Source: Eledone cirrhosa (lineage: Eukaryota). Taken from it: a stretch of 64,000 nt of DNA. Both the position numbers and the translations under genes were made by a program. The notes under the pieces were generated by a model that saw only the letters and a list, made by a program, of their open reading frames with translations, had not been told where the DNA came from and ran no database searches. This document shows, one piece after another, positions 27,498 to 42,400 of this stretch (the first letter of the stretch is position 1; each line of letters begins with the position of its first letter). The DNA is taken from the NCBI GenBank assembly GCA_964016885.1, contig OZ024740.1:10292001-10356000 (forward strand), in the 5' to 3' direction.

Positions 27498-30400
27498 AAT
27501 CCACCACCCTAGCATGGCGTCCCACCCTCCACCTATACTGCCAATCCACCACCCTAGCATGGAGTCCCACCCTCTACCTATACTACCAATCCACCACCCT
27601 AGCATGGCGTCCCACCCTCTACCTATACTGCCAATCCACCACCCTAGCATGGCGTCCCACCCTCTACCTATACTGCCAATCCACCACCCTAGCATGGCGT
27701 CCCACCCTCTACCTATACTGCCAATCCACCACCCTAGCATGGCGTCCCACCCTCTACCTATACTGCCAATCCACCACCCTAGCATGGCGTCCCACCCTCT
27801 ACCTATACTGCCAATCCACCACCCTAGCATGGCATCCGACCCTCTACCTATACTGCCAATCCACCACCCTAGCGTGGCGTCCGACCCTCTACCTATACTG
27901 CCAATCCACCACCCTAGCATGGCGTCCCACCCTCTACCTATACTGCCAATCCAACACCCTAGCATGGTGTCAGACCCTCTACCGATACTGCCAATCCACC
28001 ACCCTAGCATCGTGTCCCACCCTCTACCTATACTGCCAATCCACCACCCTAGCATGGCATCCGACCCTCTACCTATACTGCCAATCCACCACCCTAGCGT
28101 GGCGTCCGACCCTCTACCTATACTGCCAATCCACCACCCTAGCATGGCGTCCCACCCTCTACCTATACTGCCAATCCAACACCCTAGCATGGTGTCAGAC
28201 CCTCTACCGATACTGCCAATCCACCACCCTAGCATCGTGTCCCACCCTCTACCTATACTGCCAATCCACCACCCTAGCATGGCGTCCCACCCTCTACCTA
28301 TACTGCCAATCCACCACCCTAGCATGGCATCCGACCCTCTACCTATACTGCCAATCCACCACCCTAGCATGGCGTCCCGCCCTCTACCTGTACTGCCAAT
28401 CCAACACCCTAGCATGGCATCCCACCCTCTACCTATACTGCCAATCCACCACCCTAGCATGGTGTCCCACCCTCTACCTATACTGCCAATCCACCACCCT
28501 AGCATGGCGTCCCACCCTCTACCTATACTGCCAATCCACCACCCTAGCATGGCGTCCCACCCTCTACCTATACTGCCAATCCACCACCCTAGCATGGCGT
28601 CCCACCCTCTACCTATACTGCCAATCCAACACCCTAGCATGGTGTCAGACCCTCTACCGATACTGCCAATCCACCACCCTAGCATCGTGTCCTACCCTCT
28701 ACCTATACTGCCAATCCACCACCCTAGCATGGCGTCCCACCCTCTACCTATACTGCCAATCCACCACCCTAGCATGGCATCCGACCCTCTACCTATACTG
28801 CCAATCCACCACCCTAGCATGGCGTCCCGCCCTCTACCTGTACTGCCAATCCAACACCCTAGCATGGCATCCCACCCTCTACCTATACTGCCAATCCACC
28901 ACCCTAGCATGGCGTCCCACCCTCTACCTATACTGCCAATCCACCACCCTAGCATGGCGTCCCACCCTCTACCTATACTGCCAATCCACCACCCTAGCAT
29001 GGCGTCCCGCCCTCTACCTATACTGCCAATCCACCACCCTAGCATGGCGTCCCACCCTCTACCTATACTGCCAATCCAACACCCTAGCATGGTGTCAGAC
29101 CCTCTACCGATACTGCCAATCCACCACCCTAGCATCGTGTCCCACCCTCTACCTATACTGCCAATCCACCACCCTAGCATGGCGTCCCACCCTCTACCTA
29201 TACTGCCAATCCACCAGCCTAGCATGGCATCCGACCCTCTACCTATACTGCCAATCCACCACCCTAGCATGGCGTCACGCCCTCTACCTGTACTGCCAAT
29301 CCAACACCCTAGCATGGCATCCCACCCTCTACCTATACTGCCAATCCACCACCCTAGCATGGCGTCCCACCCTCTACCTATACTGCCAATCCACCACCCT
29401 AGCATGGCGTCCCACCCTCTACCTATACTGCCAATCCACCACCCTAGCATGGCGTCCCATCCTCTACCTATACTGCCAATCCACCACCCTAGCATGGCGT
29501 CACACCCTCTACCTATACTGCCAATCCACCACCCTAGCATGGCGTCCCACCCTTAACCTATACTGCCAATCCACCACCCTAGCATGGCGTCCCACCCTCT
29601 ACCTATACTGCCAATCCAACACCCTAGCATGGCATCCGACCCTCTACCTATACTGCCAATCCACCACCCTAGCATGGTGTCCCACCCTCTACCGATACTG
29701 CCAATCCACCACCCTAGCATGGTGTCCCACCCTCTACCTATACTGCCAATCCAACACCCTAGCATGGCATCCGACCCTCTACAGATACTGCCAATCCACC
29801 ACCCTAACATGGTGTCCGACCCTCTACCGATACTGCCAATCCACCACCCTAGCATGGTGTCCCACCCTCTACCGATACTGCCAATCCACCACCCTAGCAT
29901 GGTGTCCCACCCTCTACCGATACTGCCAATCCACCACCCTAGCATGGTGTCAGACTCTCTACCGATACTGCCAATCCACCACCCTAGCATGGTGTCCCAC
30001 CCTCTACCGATACTGCCAATCCACCACCCTAGCATGGTGTCCACCCTCTACCGATACTGCCAATCCACCATCCTAGCATGGTGTCCCACCCTCTACCGAT
30101 ACTGCCAATCCACCACCCTAGCATGGTGTCCCACCCTCTACAGATACTGCCAATCCACCGCCCTAGCATGGTGTCTGACCCTCTACCGATACTGCCAATC
30201 CACCGCCCTAGCATGGTGTCCGACCCTCTACCGATACTGCCAATCCACCGCCCTAGCATGGTGTCAGACCCTCTACCGATACTGCCAATCCACCACCCTA
30301 GCATGGTGTCCGACCCTCTACCGATACTGCCAATCCACCACCCTAGCATGGTGTCCGACCCTCTACCGATACTGCCAATCCACCGCCCTAGCATGGTGTC

Positions 30401-33400
30401 AGACCCTCTACCGATACTGCCAATCCACCACCCTAGCATGGTGTCCCACCCTCTACCGATACTGCCAAGCCACCACCCTAGCATGGTGTCCCACCCTCTA
30501 CCGATACTGCCAATCCACCGCCCTAGCATGGTGTCAGACCCTCTACCGATACTGCCAATCCACCACCCTAGCATGGTGTCCGACCCTCTACCGATACTGC
30601 CAATCCACCGCCCTAGCATGGTGTCAGACCCTCTACCGATACTGCCAATCCACCACCCTAGCATGGTGTCCCACCCTCTACCGATACTGCCAAGCCACCA
30701 CCCTAGCATGGTGTCCCACCCTCTACCGATACTGCCAATCCACCGCCCTAGCATGGTGTCCGACCCTCTACCGATACTGCCAATCCACCACCCTAGCATG
30801 GAGTCCCACGCTCTACCGATACTGCCAATCCAGCACCCTAGCATGGTGTCCCACCCTCTACCGATACTGCCAATCCACCGCCCTAGCATGGTGTCAGACC
30901 CTCTACCGATACTGCCAATCCACCACCCTAGCATGGTGTCCGAACCTCTACCGATACTGCCAATCCACCACCCTAGCATGGTGTCCCACCCTCTACCGAT
31001 ACTGCCAATCCACCACCCTAGCATGGTGTCCCACCCTCTACCGATACTGCCAATCCACCACCCTAGCATGGTGTCCCACCCTCTACCGATACTGCCAATC
31101 CACCACCCTAGCATGGTGTCCCACTTTCTACCGATACTGACAATCCACCGCCCTAGCATGGTGTCCGACCCTCTACCGATACTGCCAATTCACCACCCTA
31201 GCATGGTGTCCCACCCTCTACCGATACTGCCAATCCACCACCCTAGCATGGTGTCCCACTTTCTACCGCTACTGCCAATCCACCACCCTAGCATGGTGTC
31301 CCACCCTCTACCGATACTGCCAATCCAGCACCCTAACATGGTGTCCCACTTTCTACCGATACTGACAATCCACCGCCCTAGCATGGTGTCAGACCCTCTA
31401 CCGATACTGCCAATCCACCACCCTAGCATGGTGTCAGACCCTCTACCGATACTGCCAATCCACCACCCTAGCATGGTGTCCGACCCTCTACCGATACTGC
31501 CAATCCACCACACTAGCATGGTGTCCCACTCTCTACCGATACTGCCAATCCACCACCCTAGCATGGTGTCAGACCCTCTACCGATACTGCCAATCCACCA
31601 CCCTAGCATGGTGTCCCACCCTCTACCGATACTGCCAATCCAGCACACTAGCATGGTGTCCCACTCTCTACCGATACTGCCAATCCACCACCCTAGCATG
31701 GTGTCCGACCCTCTACCGATACTGCCAATCCACCACCCTAGCATGGTGTCCCACTCTCTACCGATACTGCCAATCCACCACCCTAGCATGGTGTCCCACC
31801 CTCTACCGATACTGCCAATCCACCACCCTAGCATGGTGTCCCACTCTCTACCGATACTGCCAATCCACCACCCTAGCATGGTGTCCCACCCTCTACCGAT
31901 ACTGCCAATCCACCACCCTAGCATGGTGTCCCACCCTCTACCGATACTGCCAATCCACCACCCTAGCATGGTGTCCCACTCTCTACCGATACTGCCAATC
32001 CACCACCCTAGCATGGTGTCCGAACCTCTACCGATACTGCCAATCCACCACCCTAGCATGGTGTCCCACCCTCTACCGATACTGCCAATCCACCACCCTA
32101 GCATGGTGTCCCACTCTCTACCGATACTGCCAATCCACCACCCTAGCATGGTGTCCCACCCTCTACCGATACTGCCAATCCACCACCCTAGCATGGTGTC
32201 CGAACCTCTACCGATACTGCCAATCCACCACCCTAGCATGGTGTCCCACCCTCTACCGATACTGCCAATCCACCACCCTAGCATGGTGTCCCACTCTCTA
32301 CCGATACTGCCAATCCACCACCCTAGCATGGTGTCCGATCCTCTACCGATACTGCCAATCCACCCCCCTAGCATGGTGTCAGACCCTCTACCGATACTGC
32401 CAATCCACCACCCTAGCATGGTGTCCGATCCTCTACCGATACTGCCAATCCACCCCCCTAACATGGTGTCCCACTTTCTACCGATACTGACAATCCACCG
32501 CCCTAGCATGGTGTCAGACCCTCTACCGATACTGCCAATCCACCACCCTAGCATGGTGTCCCACCCTCTACCGATACTGCCAATCCAGCACACTAGCATG
32601 GTGTCCCACTCTCTACCGATACTGCCAATCCACCACCCTAGCATGGTGTCCGACCCTCTACCGATACTGCCAATCCACCACCCTAGCATGGTGTCCCACT
32701 CTCTACCGATACTGCCAATCCACCACCCTAGCATGGTGTCCCACCCTCTACCGATACTGCCAATCCACCACCCTAGCATGGTGTCCCACTCTCTACCGAT
32801 ACTGCCAATCCACCACCCTAGCATGGTGTCCCACCCTCTACCGATACTGCCAATCCACCACCCTAGCATGGTGTCCCACCCTCTACCGATACTGCCAATC
32901 CACCACCCTAGCATGGTGTCCCACTCTCTACCGATACTGCCAATCCACCACCCTAGCATGGTGTCCGAACCTCTACCGATACTGCCAATCCACCACCCTA
33001 GCATGGTGTCCCACCCTCTACCGATACTGCCAATCCACCACCCTAGCATGGTGTCCCACTCTCTACCGATACTGCCAATCCACCACCCTAGCATGGTGTC
33101 CCACCCTCTACCGATACTGCCAATCCACCACCCTAGCATGGTGTCCGATCCTCTACCGATACTGCCAATCCACCCCCCTAGCATGGTGTCAGACCCTCTA
33201 CCGATACTGCCAATCCACCACCCTAGCATGGTGTCCGATCCTCTACCGATACTGCCAATCCACCCCCCTAACATGGTGTCCCACTTTCTACCGATACTGA
33301 CAATCCACCGCCCTAGCATGGTGTCAGACCCTCTATTTTACTGCAAATCCACCGCCCTAGCATGGTGTCCGACCCTCTACCGATACTGCCAATCCACCGC

Positions 33401-36400
33401 CCTAGCATGGTGTCAGACCCTCTACCGATACTGCCAATCCACAAACCTAGCATGGTGTCAGACCCTCTACTGATACTGCAAATCCACCGCCCTAGCATGG
33501 TGTCCGACCCTCTACCGATACTGCCAATCCACCGCCCAAGCATAGTGTCAGACCCTCTACCGATACTGCCAATCCACCGCCCTAGCATGGTGTCAGACCC
33601 TCTACCGATACTGCCAATCCACCACCCTAGCATGGTGTCCGACCCTCTACCGATACTGCCAATCCACCACCCTAGCATGGTGTCCGACCCTCTACCGATA
33701 CTGCCAATCCACCGCCCTAGCATAGTGTCAGACCCTCTACCGATACTGCCAATCCACCGCCCTAGCATGGTGTCCGACTCTCTACCGATACTGCCAATCC
33801 ACCACCCTAGCATGGTGTCCGACCCTCTACCGATACTGCCAATCCACCACCCTAGCATGGTGTCAGACCCTCTACCGATACTGCCAATCCACGACCCTAG
33901 CATGGTGTCCCACCCTCTACCGATACTGCCAATCAACCACCCTAGCATGGTGTCCAACCCTCTACCGATACTGCCAATCCACCACCCTAGCATGGTGTCA
34001 GACCCTCTACCGATACTGCCAATCCACCACCCTAGCATGGTGTCAGACCCTCTACCAATACTGCCAATCCACCACCCTAGCATGGTGTCAGACCCTCTAC
34101 CGATACTGACAATCCACCACCCTAGCATGGTGTCAGACCCTCTACCGATACTGCCAATCCACCGCCCTAGCATGGTGTGTGACTCTCTACCGATACTGCC
34201 AATCCACCACCCTAGCATGGTGTCCCACCCTCTACCGATACTGCCAATCCACCGCCCTAACATGGTGTCCGACCCTCTACCGATACTGCCAATCCACCAC
34301 CCTAGCATGGTGTCCCACTTTCTACCGATACTGACAATCCACCGCCCTAGCATGGTGTCAGACCCTCTACCGATACTGCCAATTCACCACACTAGCATGG
34401 TGTCCCACCCTCTACCGATACTGCCAATCCACCACCCTAGCATGGTGTCCCACTTTCTACGGCTACTGCCAATCCACCACCCTAGCATGGTGTACCACCC
34501 TCTACCGATACTGCCAATCCACCACCCTAGCATGGTGTCCCACCCTCTACCGATACTGCCAATCCACCACCCTAGCATGGTGTCCCACCCTCTACCGATA
34601 CTGCCAATCCACCACCCTAGCATGGTGTCCCACGCTCTACCGATACTGCCAATCCAGCACCCTAGCATGGTGTCCCACTTTCTACCGATACTGACAATCC
34701 ACCGCCCTAGCATGGTGTCCGACCCTCTACCGATACTGCCAATCCACCACCCTAGCATGGTGTCCCACCCTCTACCGATACTGCCAATCCAGCACCCTAG
34801 CATGGTGTCCCACTTTCTACTGATACTGCCAATCCACCACCCTAGCATGGTGTCCCACCCTCTACCGATACTGCCAATCCAGCACCCTAGCATGGTGTCC
34901 ACCCTCTACCGATACTGCCAATCCACCACCCTAGCATGGTGTCCCACTTTCTACCGCTACTGCCAATCCACCACCCTAGCATGGTGTCCCACCCTCTACC
35001 GATACTGCCAATCCACCACACTAGCATGGTGTCCCACTCTCTACCGATACTGCCAATCCACCACCCTAGCATGGTGTCCCACCCTCTACCGATACTGCCA
35101 ATCCACCACCCTAGCATGGTGTCCGATCCTCTACCGATACTGCCAATCCACCCCCCTAGCATGGTGTCAGAACCTCTACCGATACTGCCAATCCACCACC
35201 CTAGCATGGTGTCCCACCCTCTACCGATACTGCCAATCCACCCCCCTAGCATGGTGTCAGACCCTCTACCGATACTGCCAATCCACCACCCTAGCATGGT
35301 GTCCCACCCTCTACCGATCCTGCCATCCACCACCCTAGCATGGTGTCAGACCCTCTACCGATACTGACAATCCACCACCCTAGCATGGTGTCCCACCCTC
35401 TACTGATACTGCAAATCCACCGCCCTAGCATGGTGTCAGACCCTCTACCGATCCTGCCATCCACCACCCTAGCATGGTGTCAGACCCTCTACCGATACTG
35501 CCAATCCACCGCCCTAGCATGGTGTCCGACCCTCTACCAATACTGCCAATCCACCCCCCTAGCATGGTGTCAGACCCTCTACCGATACTGCCAATCCACC
35601 GCCCTAGCATGGTGTCAGACCCTCTACCGATACTGCCAATCCACCCCCCTAGCATGGTGTCCGACCCTCTACCGATACTACCAATCCACCCCCCTAGCAT
35701 GGTGTCCAACCCTCTACCGATACTGCCAATCCACCACCCTAGCATGGTGACCGACCCTCTACCGATACTACCAATCCACCACCCTAGCATGGTGTCCAAC
35801 CCTCTACCGATACTGCCAATCCACCACCCTAGCATGGTGTCAGACCCTCTACCGATACTGCCAATCCACCACCCTAGCATGGTGACCGACCCTCTACCGA
35901 TACTGCCAATCCACCACCCTAGCATGGTGTCAGACCCTCTACCGATACTGCCAATCCACCCCCCTAGCATGGTGTCCGACCCTCTACCGATACTACCAAT
36001 CCACCCCCCTAGCATGGTGTCCGACCCTCTACCTATACTACCAATCCACCACCCTAGCATGGTGTCCAACCCTCTACCGATACTGCCAATCCACCACCCT
36101 AGCATGGTGTCCCACCCTCTACCGATACTGCCAATCCACCACCCTAGCATGGTGACCGACCCTCTACCGATACTGCCAATCCACCACCCTAGCATGGTGT
36201 CCCACCCTCTACCGATACTGCCAATCCACCACCCTAGCATGGTGTCAGACCCTCTACCGATACTGCCAATCCACCACCCTACCATGGTGTCCCACCCTCT
36301 ACCGATACTGCCAATCCACCACCCTAGCATGGTGTCAGACCCTCTACCGATACTGCCAATCCACCACCCTGGCATGGTGTCAGACCCTCTACCGATACTG

Positions 36401-39400
36401 CCAATCCACCACCCTAGCATGGTGTCAGACCCTCTACCGATACTGCCAATCCACCACCCTAGCATGGTGTCAGACCCTCTACCGATACTGCCAATCCACC
36501 ACCCTAGCATGGCGTCCGACCCTCTACCTATACTGCCAATCAACCACCCTAGCATGGTGTCAGACCCTCTACCGATACTGCCAATCCACCACCCTAGCAT
36601 GGTGTCCCACTTTCTACCGATACTGACAATCCACCGCCCTAGCATGGTGTCAGACCCTCTACCGATACTGCCAATTCACCACCCTAGCATGGTGTCCCAC
36701 CCTCTACCGATACTGCCAATCCACCACCCTAGCATGGTGTCCCACTTTCTACCGCTACTGCCAATCCACCACCCTAGCATGGTGTACCACCCTCTACCGA
36801 TACTGCCAATCCAGCACCCTAACATGGTGTCCCACTTTCTACCGATACTGACAATCCACCACACTAGCATGGTGTCCGATCCTCTACCGATACTGCCAAT
36901 CCACCCCCCTAGCATGGTGTCAGACCCTCTACCGATACTGCCAATCCACCACCCTAGCATGGTGTCCCACCCTCTACCGATACTGCCAATCCACCACCCT
37001 AGCATGGTGTCAGACCCTCTACCGACACTGCAAATCAACCACCCTAACATGGTGTCCGACCCTCTACCGATACTGCCAATCCACCACCCTAGCATGGTGT
37101 CCCACCCTCTACCGATACTGCCAATCCACCACCCTAGCATGGTGTCCCACCCTCTACCGATACTGCCAATCCACCGCCCTAGCATGGTGTCCCACTCTCT
37201 ACCGATACTGCCAATCCACCACACTAGCATGGTGTCCCACTCTCTACCGATACTGCCAATCCACCACCCTAGCATGGTGTCCACCCTCTACCGATACTGC
37301 CAATCCACCACCCTAGCATGGTGTCCCAGTTTCTACCGCTACTGCCAATCCACCACCCTAGCATGGTGTCCCACCCTCTACCGATACTGCCAATCCACCA
37401 CCCTAGCATGGTGTCCCACCCTCTACCGATACTGCCAATCCACCGCCCTAGCATGGTGTCCCACTCTCTACCGATACTGCCAATCCACCACACTAGCATG
37501 GTGTCCCACTCTCTACCGATACTGCCAATCCACCACCCTAGCATGGTGTCCACCCTCTACCGATACTGCCAATCCACCACCCTAGCATGGTGTCCCACTT
37601 TCTACCGCTACTGCCAATCCACCACCCTAGCATGGTGTCCCACCCTCTACCGATACTGCCAATCCACCACCCTAGCATGGTGTCAGACCCTCTACCGATA
37701 CTGCCAATCCACCACACTAGCATGGTGTCCCACTCTCTACCGATACTGCCAATCCACCACACTAGCATGGTGTCCCACTCTCTACCAATACTGCTAATCC
37801 ACCACCCTAGCATGGTGTCCCACTCTCTACCGATACTGCCAATCCACCACCCTAGCATGGTGTCAGACCCTCTACCGATACTGCATATCCACCACCCTTG
37901 CATGGTGTCCCACCCTCTACCGATACTGCCAATCCACCACCCTAGCATGGTGTCAGACCCTCTACCGATACTGCCAATCCGCAACCCTAGCATGGTGTCC
38001 GACCCTCTACCGATACTGCCAATCCACCACCCTAGCATGGTGTCCCACCCTCTACAGATACTGCCAATCCACCACCCTAGCATGGTGTCAGACCCTCTAC
38101 CGATACTGCCAATCCACCACCCTAGCATGGTGTCCCACCCTCTACCGATACTGCCAATCCACCACCCTAGCATGGTGTCCGATCCTCTACCGATACTGCC
38201 AATCCACCCCCCTAGCATGGTGTCAGACCCTCTACCGATACTGCCAATCCACCACCCTAGCATGGTGTCCCACCCTCTACCGATACTGCCAATCCACCAC
38301 CCTAGCATGGTGTTCGATCCTCTACCGATACTGCCAATCCACCGCCCTAGCATGGTGTCTGATTCTCTACCGATACTGCCAATCCGCAACCCTAGCATGG
38401 TGTCCGACCCTCTACCGATACTGCCAATCCACCACCCTAGCATGGTGTCCCACCCTCTACCGATACTGCCAATCCACCACCCTAGCATGGTGTCAGACCC
38501 TCTACCGATACTGCCAATCCGAAACCCTAGCATGGTGTCCGACCCTCTACCGATACTGCCAATCCACCACCCTAGCATGGTGTCAGACCCTCTACCGATA
38601 CTGCCAATCCACCACCCTAGCATGGTGTCCCACCCTTTACCGATACTGCCAATCCACCACCCTAGCATGGTGTCCGATCCTCTACCGATACTGCCAATCC
38701 ACCCCCCTAGCATGGTGTCAGACCCTCTACCGATACTGCCAATCCACCACCCTAGCATGGTGTCCCACCCTCTACCGATACTGCCAATCCACCACCCTAG
38801 CATGGTGTCAGACCCGCTACCCATACTGCCAATCCACCACCCTAGCATGGTGTCCCACCCTCTACCGATCCTGCCATCCACCACCCTAGCATGGTGTCAG
38901 ACCCTCTACCGATACTGCCAATCCACCACACTAGCATGGTGTCAGACCCTCTACCGATACTGCCAATCCACAACCCTAGCATGGTGTCAGACCCTCTACC
39001 GATACTGCAAATCCACCGCCCTAGCATGGTGTCCGACCCTCTACCGATACTGCCAATCCACCACCCTAGCATGGTGTCCCACCCTCTACCGATACTGCCA
39101 ATCCACCGCCCTAGCATGGTGTCAGACCCTCTACCGATACTGCCAATCCACCACCCTAGCATGGTGTCCCACTCTCTACCGATACTGCCAATCCAGCACA
39201 CTAGCATGGTGTCCCACTCTCTACCGATACTGCCAATCCACCCCCCTAGCATGGTGTCAGACCCTCTACCGATACTGCCATTCCACCACCCTAGCATGGT
39301 GTCCCACCCTCTACCGATACTGCCAATCCACCACCCTAGCATGGTGTCAGACCCTCTACCGATACTGCCAATCCACCACACTAGCATGGTGTCCCACTCT

Positions 39401-42400
39401 CTACCGATACTGCCAATCCACCACCCTAGCATGGTGTCCCACCCTCTACCGATACTGCCAATTCACCACCCTAGCATGGTGTCCCACTCTCTACCGATAC
39501 TGCCAATCCACCACCCTAGCATGGTGTCCGACCCTCTACCGATACTGCCAATCCACCACCCTAGCATGGTGTCAGACCCTCTACCGATACTGCCAATCCA
39601 CCACCCTAGCATGGTGTCCGATCCTCTACCGATACTCCCAATCTACCCCCCTAGCATGGTGTCAGACCCTCTACCGATACTGCCAATCCACCACCCTAGC
39701 ATGGTGTCAGACCCTCTACCGATACTGCCAATCCACGACCCTAGCATGGTGTCCCACCCTCTACCGATACTGCCAATCAACCACCCTAGCATGGTGTCCA
39801 ACCCTCTACCGATACTGCCAATCCACCACCCTAGCATGGTGTCAGACCCTCTACCGATACTGCCAATCCACCACCCTAGCATGGTGTCAGACCCTCTACC
39901 AATACTGCCAATCCACCACCCTAGCATGGTGTCAGACCCTCTACCGATACTGACAATCCACCACCCTAGCATGGTGTCAGACCCTCTACCGATACTGCCA
40001 ATCCACCGCCCTAGCATGGTGTGTGACTCTCTACCGATACTGCCAATCCACCACCCTAGCATGGTGTCCCACCCTCTACCGATACTGCCAATCCACCGCT
40101 CTAACATGGTGTCCGACCCTCTACCGATACTGCCAATCCACCACCCTAGCATGGTGTCCCACTTTCTACCGATACTGACAATCCACCGCCCTAGCATGGT
40201 GTCAGACCCTCTACCGATACTACCAATTCACCACCCTAGCATGGTGTCCGACCCTCTACCGATACTGCCAATCCACCACCCTAGCATGGTGTCCCACTTT
40301 CTACCGCTACTGCCCATCCACCACCCTAGCATGGTGTCCCACCCTCTACCGATACTGCCAATCCACCACCCTAGCATGGTGTCCCACTTTCTACCGCTAC
40401 TGCCAATCCACCACCCTAGCATGGTGTACCACCCTCTACCGATACTGCCAATCCACCACCCTAGCATGGTGTCCCACCCTCTACCGATACTGCCAATCCA
40501 CCACCCTAGCATGGTGTCCCACCCTCTACCGATACTGCCAATCCACCACCCTAGCATGGTGTCCCACGCTCTACCGATACTGCCAATCCAGCACCCTAGC
40601 ATGGTGTCCCACTTTCTACCGATACTGACAATCCACCGCCCTAGCATGGTGTCCGACCCTCTACCGATACTGCCAATCCACCACCCTAGCATGGTGTCCC
40701 ACACTCTACCGATACTGCCAATCCACCACCCTAGCATGGTGTCCCACTTTCTACTGATACTGCCAATCCACCACCCTAGCATGGTGTCCCACCCTCTACC
40801 GATACTGCCAATCCACCCCCATAGCATGGTGTCAGACCCTCTACCGATACTGCCAATCCACCACCCTAGCATGGTGTCCCACCCTCTACCGATACTGCCA
40901 ATCCACCACCCTAGCATGGAGTCAGACCCTCTACCGATACTGCCAATCCACCACCCTAGCATGGTGTCCCACCCTCTACCGATCCTGCCATCCACCACCC
41001 TAGCATGGTGTCAGACCCTCTACCGATACTGACAATCCAGCACCCTAGCATGGTGTCCCACCCTCTACTGATACTGCAAATCCACCGCCCTAGCATGGTG
41101 TCAGACCCTCTACCGATCCTGCCATCCACCACCCTAGCATGGTGTCAGACCCTCTACCGATACTGCCAATCCACCGCCCTAGCATGGTGTCCGACCCTCT
41201 ACCAATACTGCCAATCCACCCCCCTAGCATGGTGTCTGACCCTCTACCGATACTGCCAATCCACCGCCCTAGCATGGTGTCAGACCCTCTACCGATACTG
41301 CCAATCCACCCCCCTAGCATGGTGTCCGACCCTCTACCGATACTACCAATCCACCCCCCTAGCATGGTGTCCAACCCTCTACCGATACTGCCAATCCACC
41401 ACCCTAGCATGGTGACCGACCCTCTACCGATACTACCAATCCACCACCCTAGCATGGTGTCCAACCCTCTACCGATACTGCCAATCCACCACCCTAGCAT
41501 GGTGTCAGACCCTCTACCGATACTGCCAATCCACCACCCTAGCATGGTGACCGACCCTCTACCGATACTGCCAATCCACCACCCTAGCATGGTGTCAGAC
41601 CCTCTACCGATACTGCCAATCCACCCCCCTAGCATGGTGTCCGACGCTCTACCGATACTACCAATCCACCCCCCTAGCATGGTGTCCGACCCTCTACCGA
41701 TACTACCAATCCACCACCCTAGCATGGTGTCCAACCCTCTACCGATACTGCCAATCCACCACCCTAGCATGGTGTCCCACACTCTACCGATACTGCCAAT
41801 CCACCACCCTAGCATGGTGACCGACCCTCTACCGATACTGCCAATCCACCACCCTAGCATGGTGTCCCACCCTCTACCGATACTGCCAATCCACCACCCT
41901 AGCATGGTGTCAGACCCTCTACCGATACTGCCAATCCACCACCCTACCATGGTGTCCCACCCTCTACCGATACTGCCAATCCACCACCCTAGCATGGTGT
42001 CAGACCCTCTACCGATACTGCCAATCCACCACCCTGGCATGGTGTCAGACCCTCTACCGATACTGCCAATCCACCACCCTAGCATGGTGTCAGACCCTCT
42101 ACCGATACTGCCAATCCACCACCCTAGCATGGTGTCAGACCCTCTACCGATACTGCCAATCCACCACCCTAGCATGGCGTCCGACCCTCTACCTATACTG
42201 CCAATCAACCACCCTAGCATGGTGTCAGACCCTCTACCGATACTGCCAATCCACCACCCTAGCATGGTGTCCCACTTTCTACCGATACTGACAATCCACC
42301 GCCCTAGCATGGTGTCAGACCCTCTACCGATACTGCCAATTCACCACCCTAGCATGGTGTCCCACCCTCTACCGATACTGCCAATCCACCACCCTAGCAT

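Noticed and set aside
27110-27570. Poly-Ala, Ser and Leu ORFs
   Set aside because: Products of CAG/CAA trinucleotide repeats that are open in several frames.
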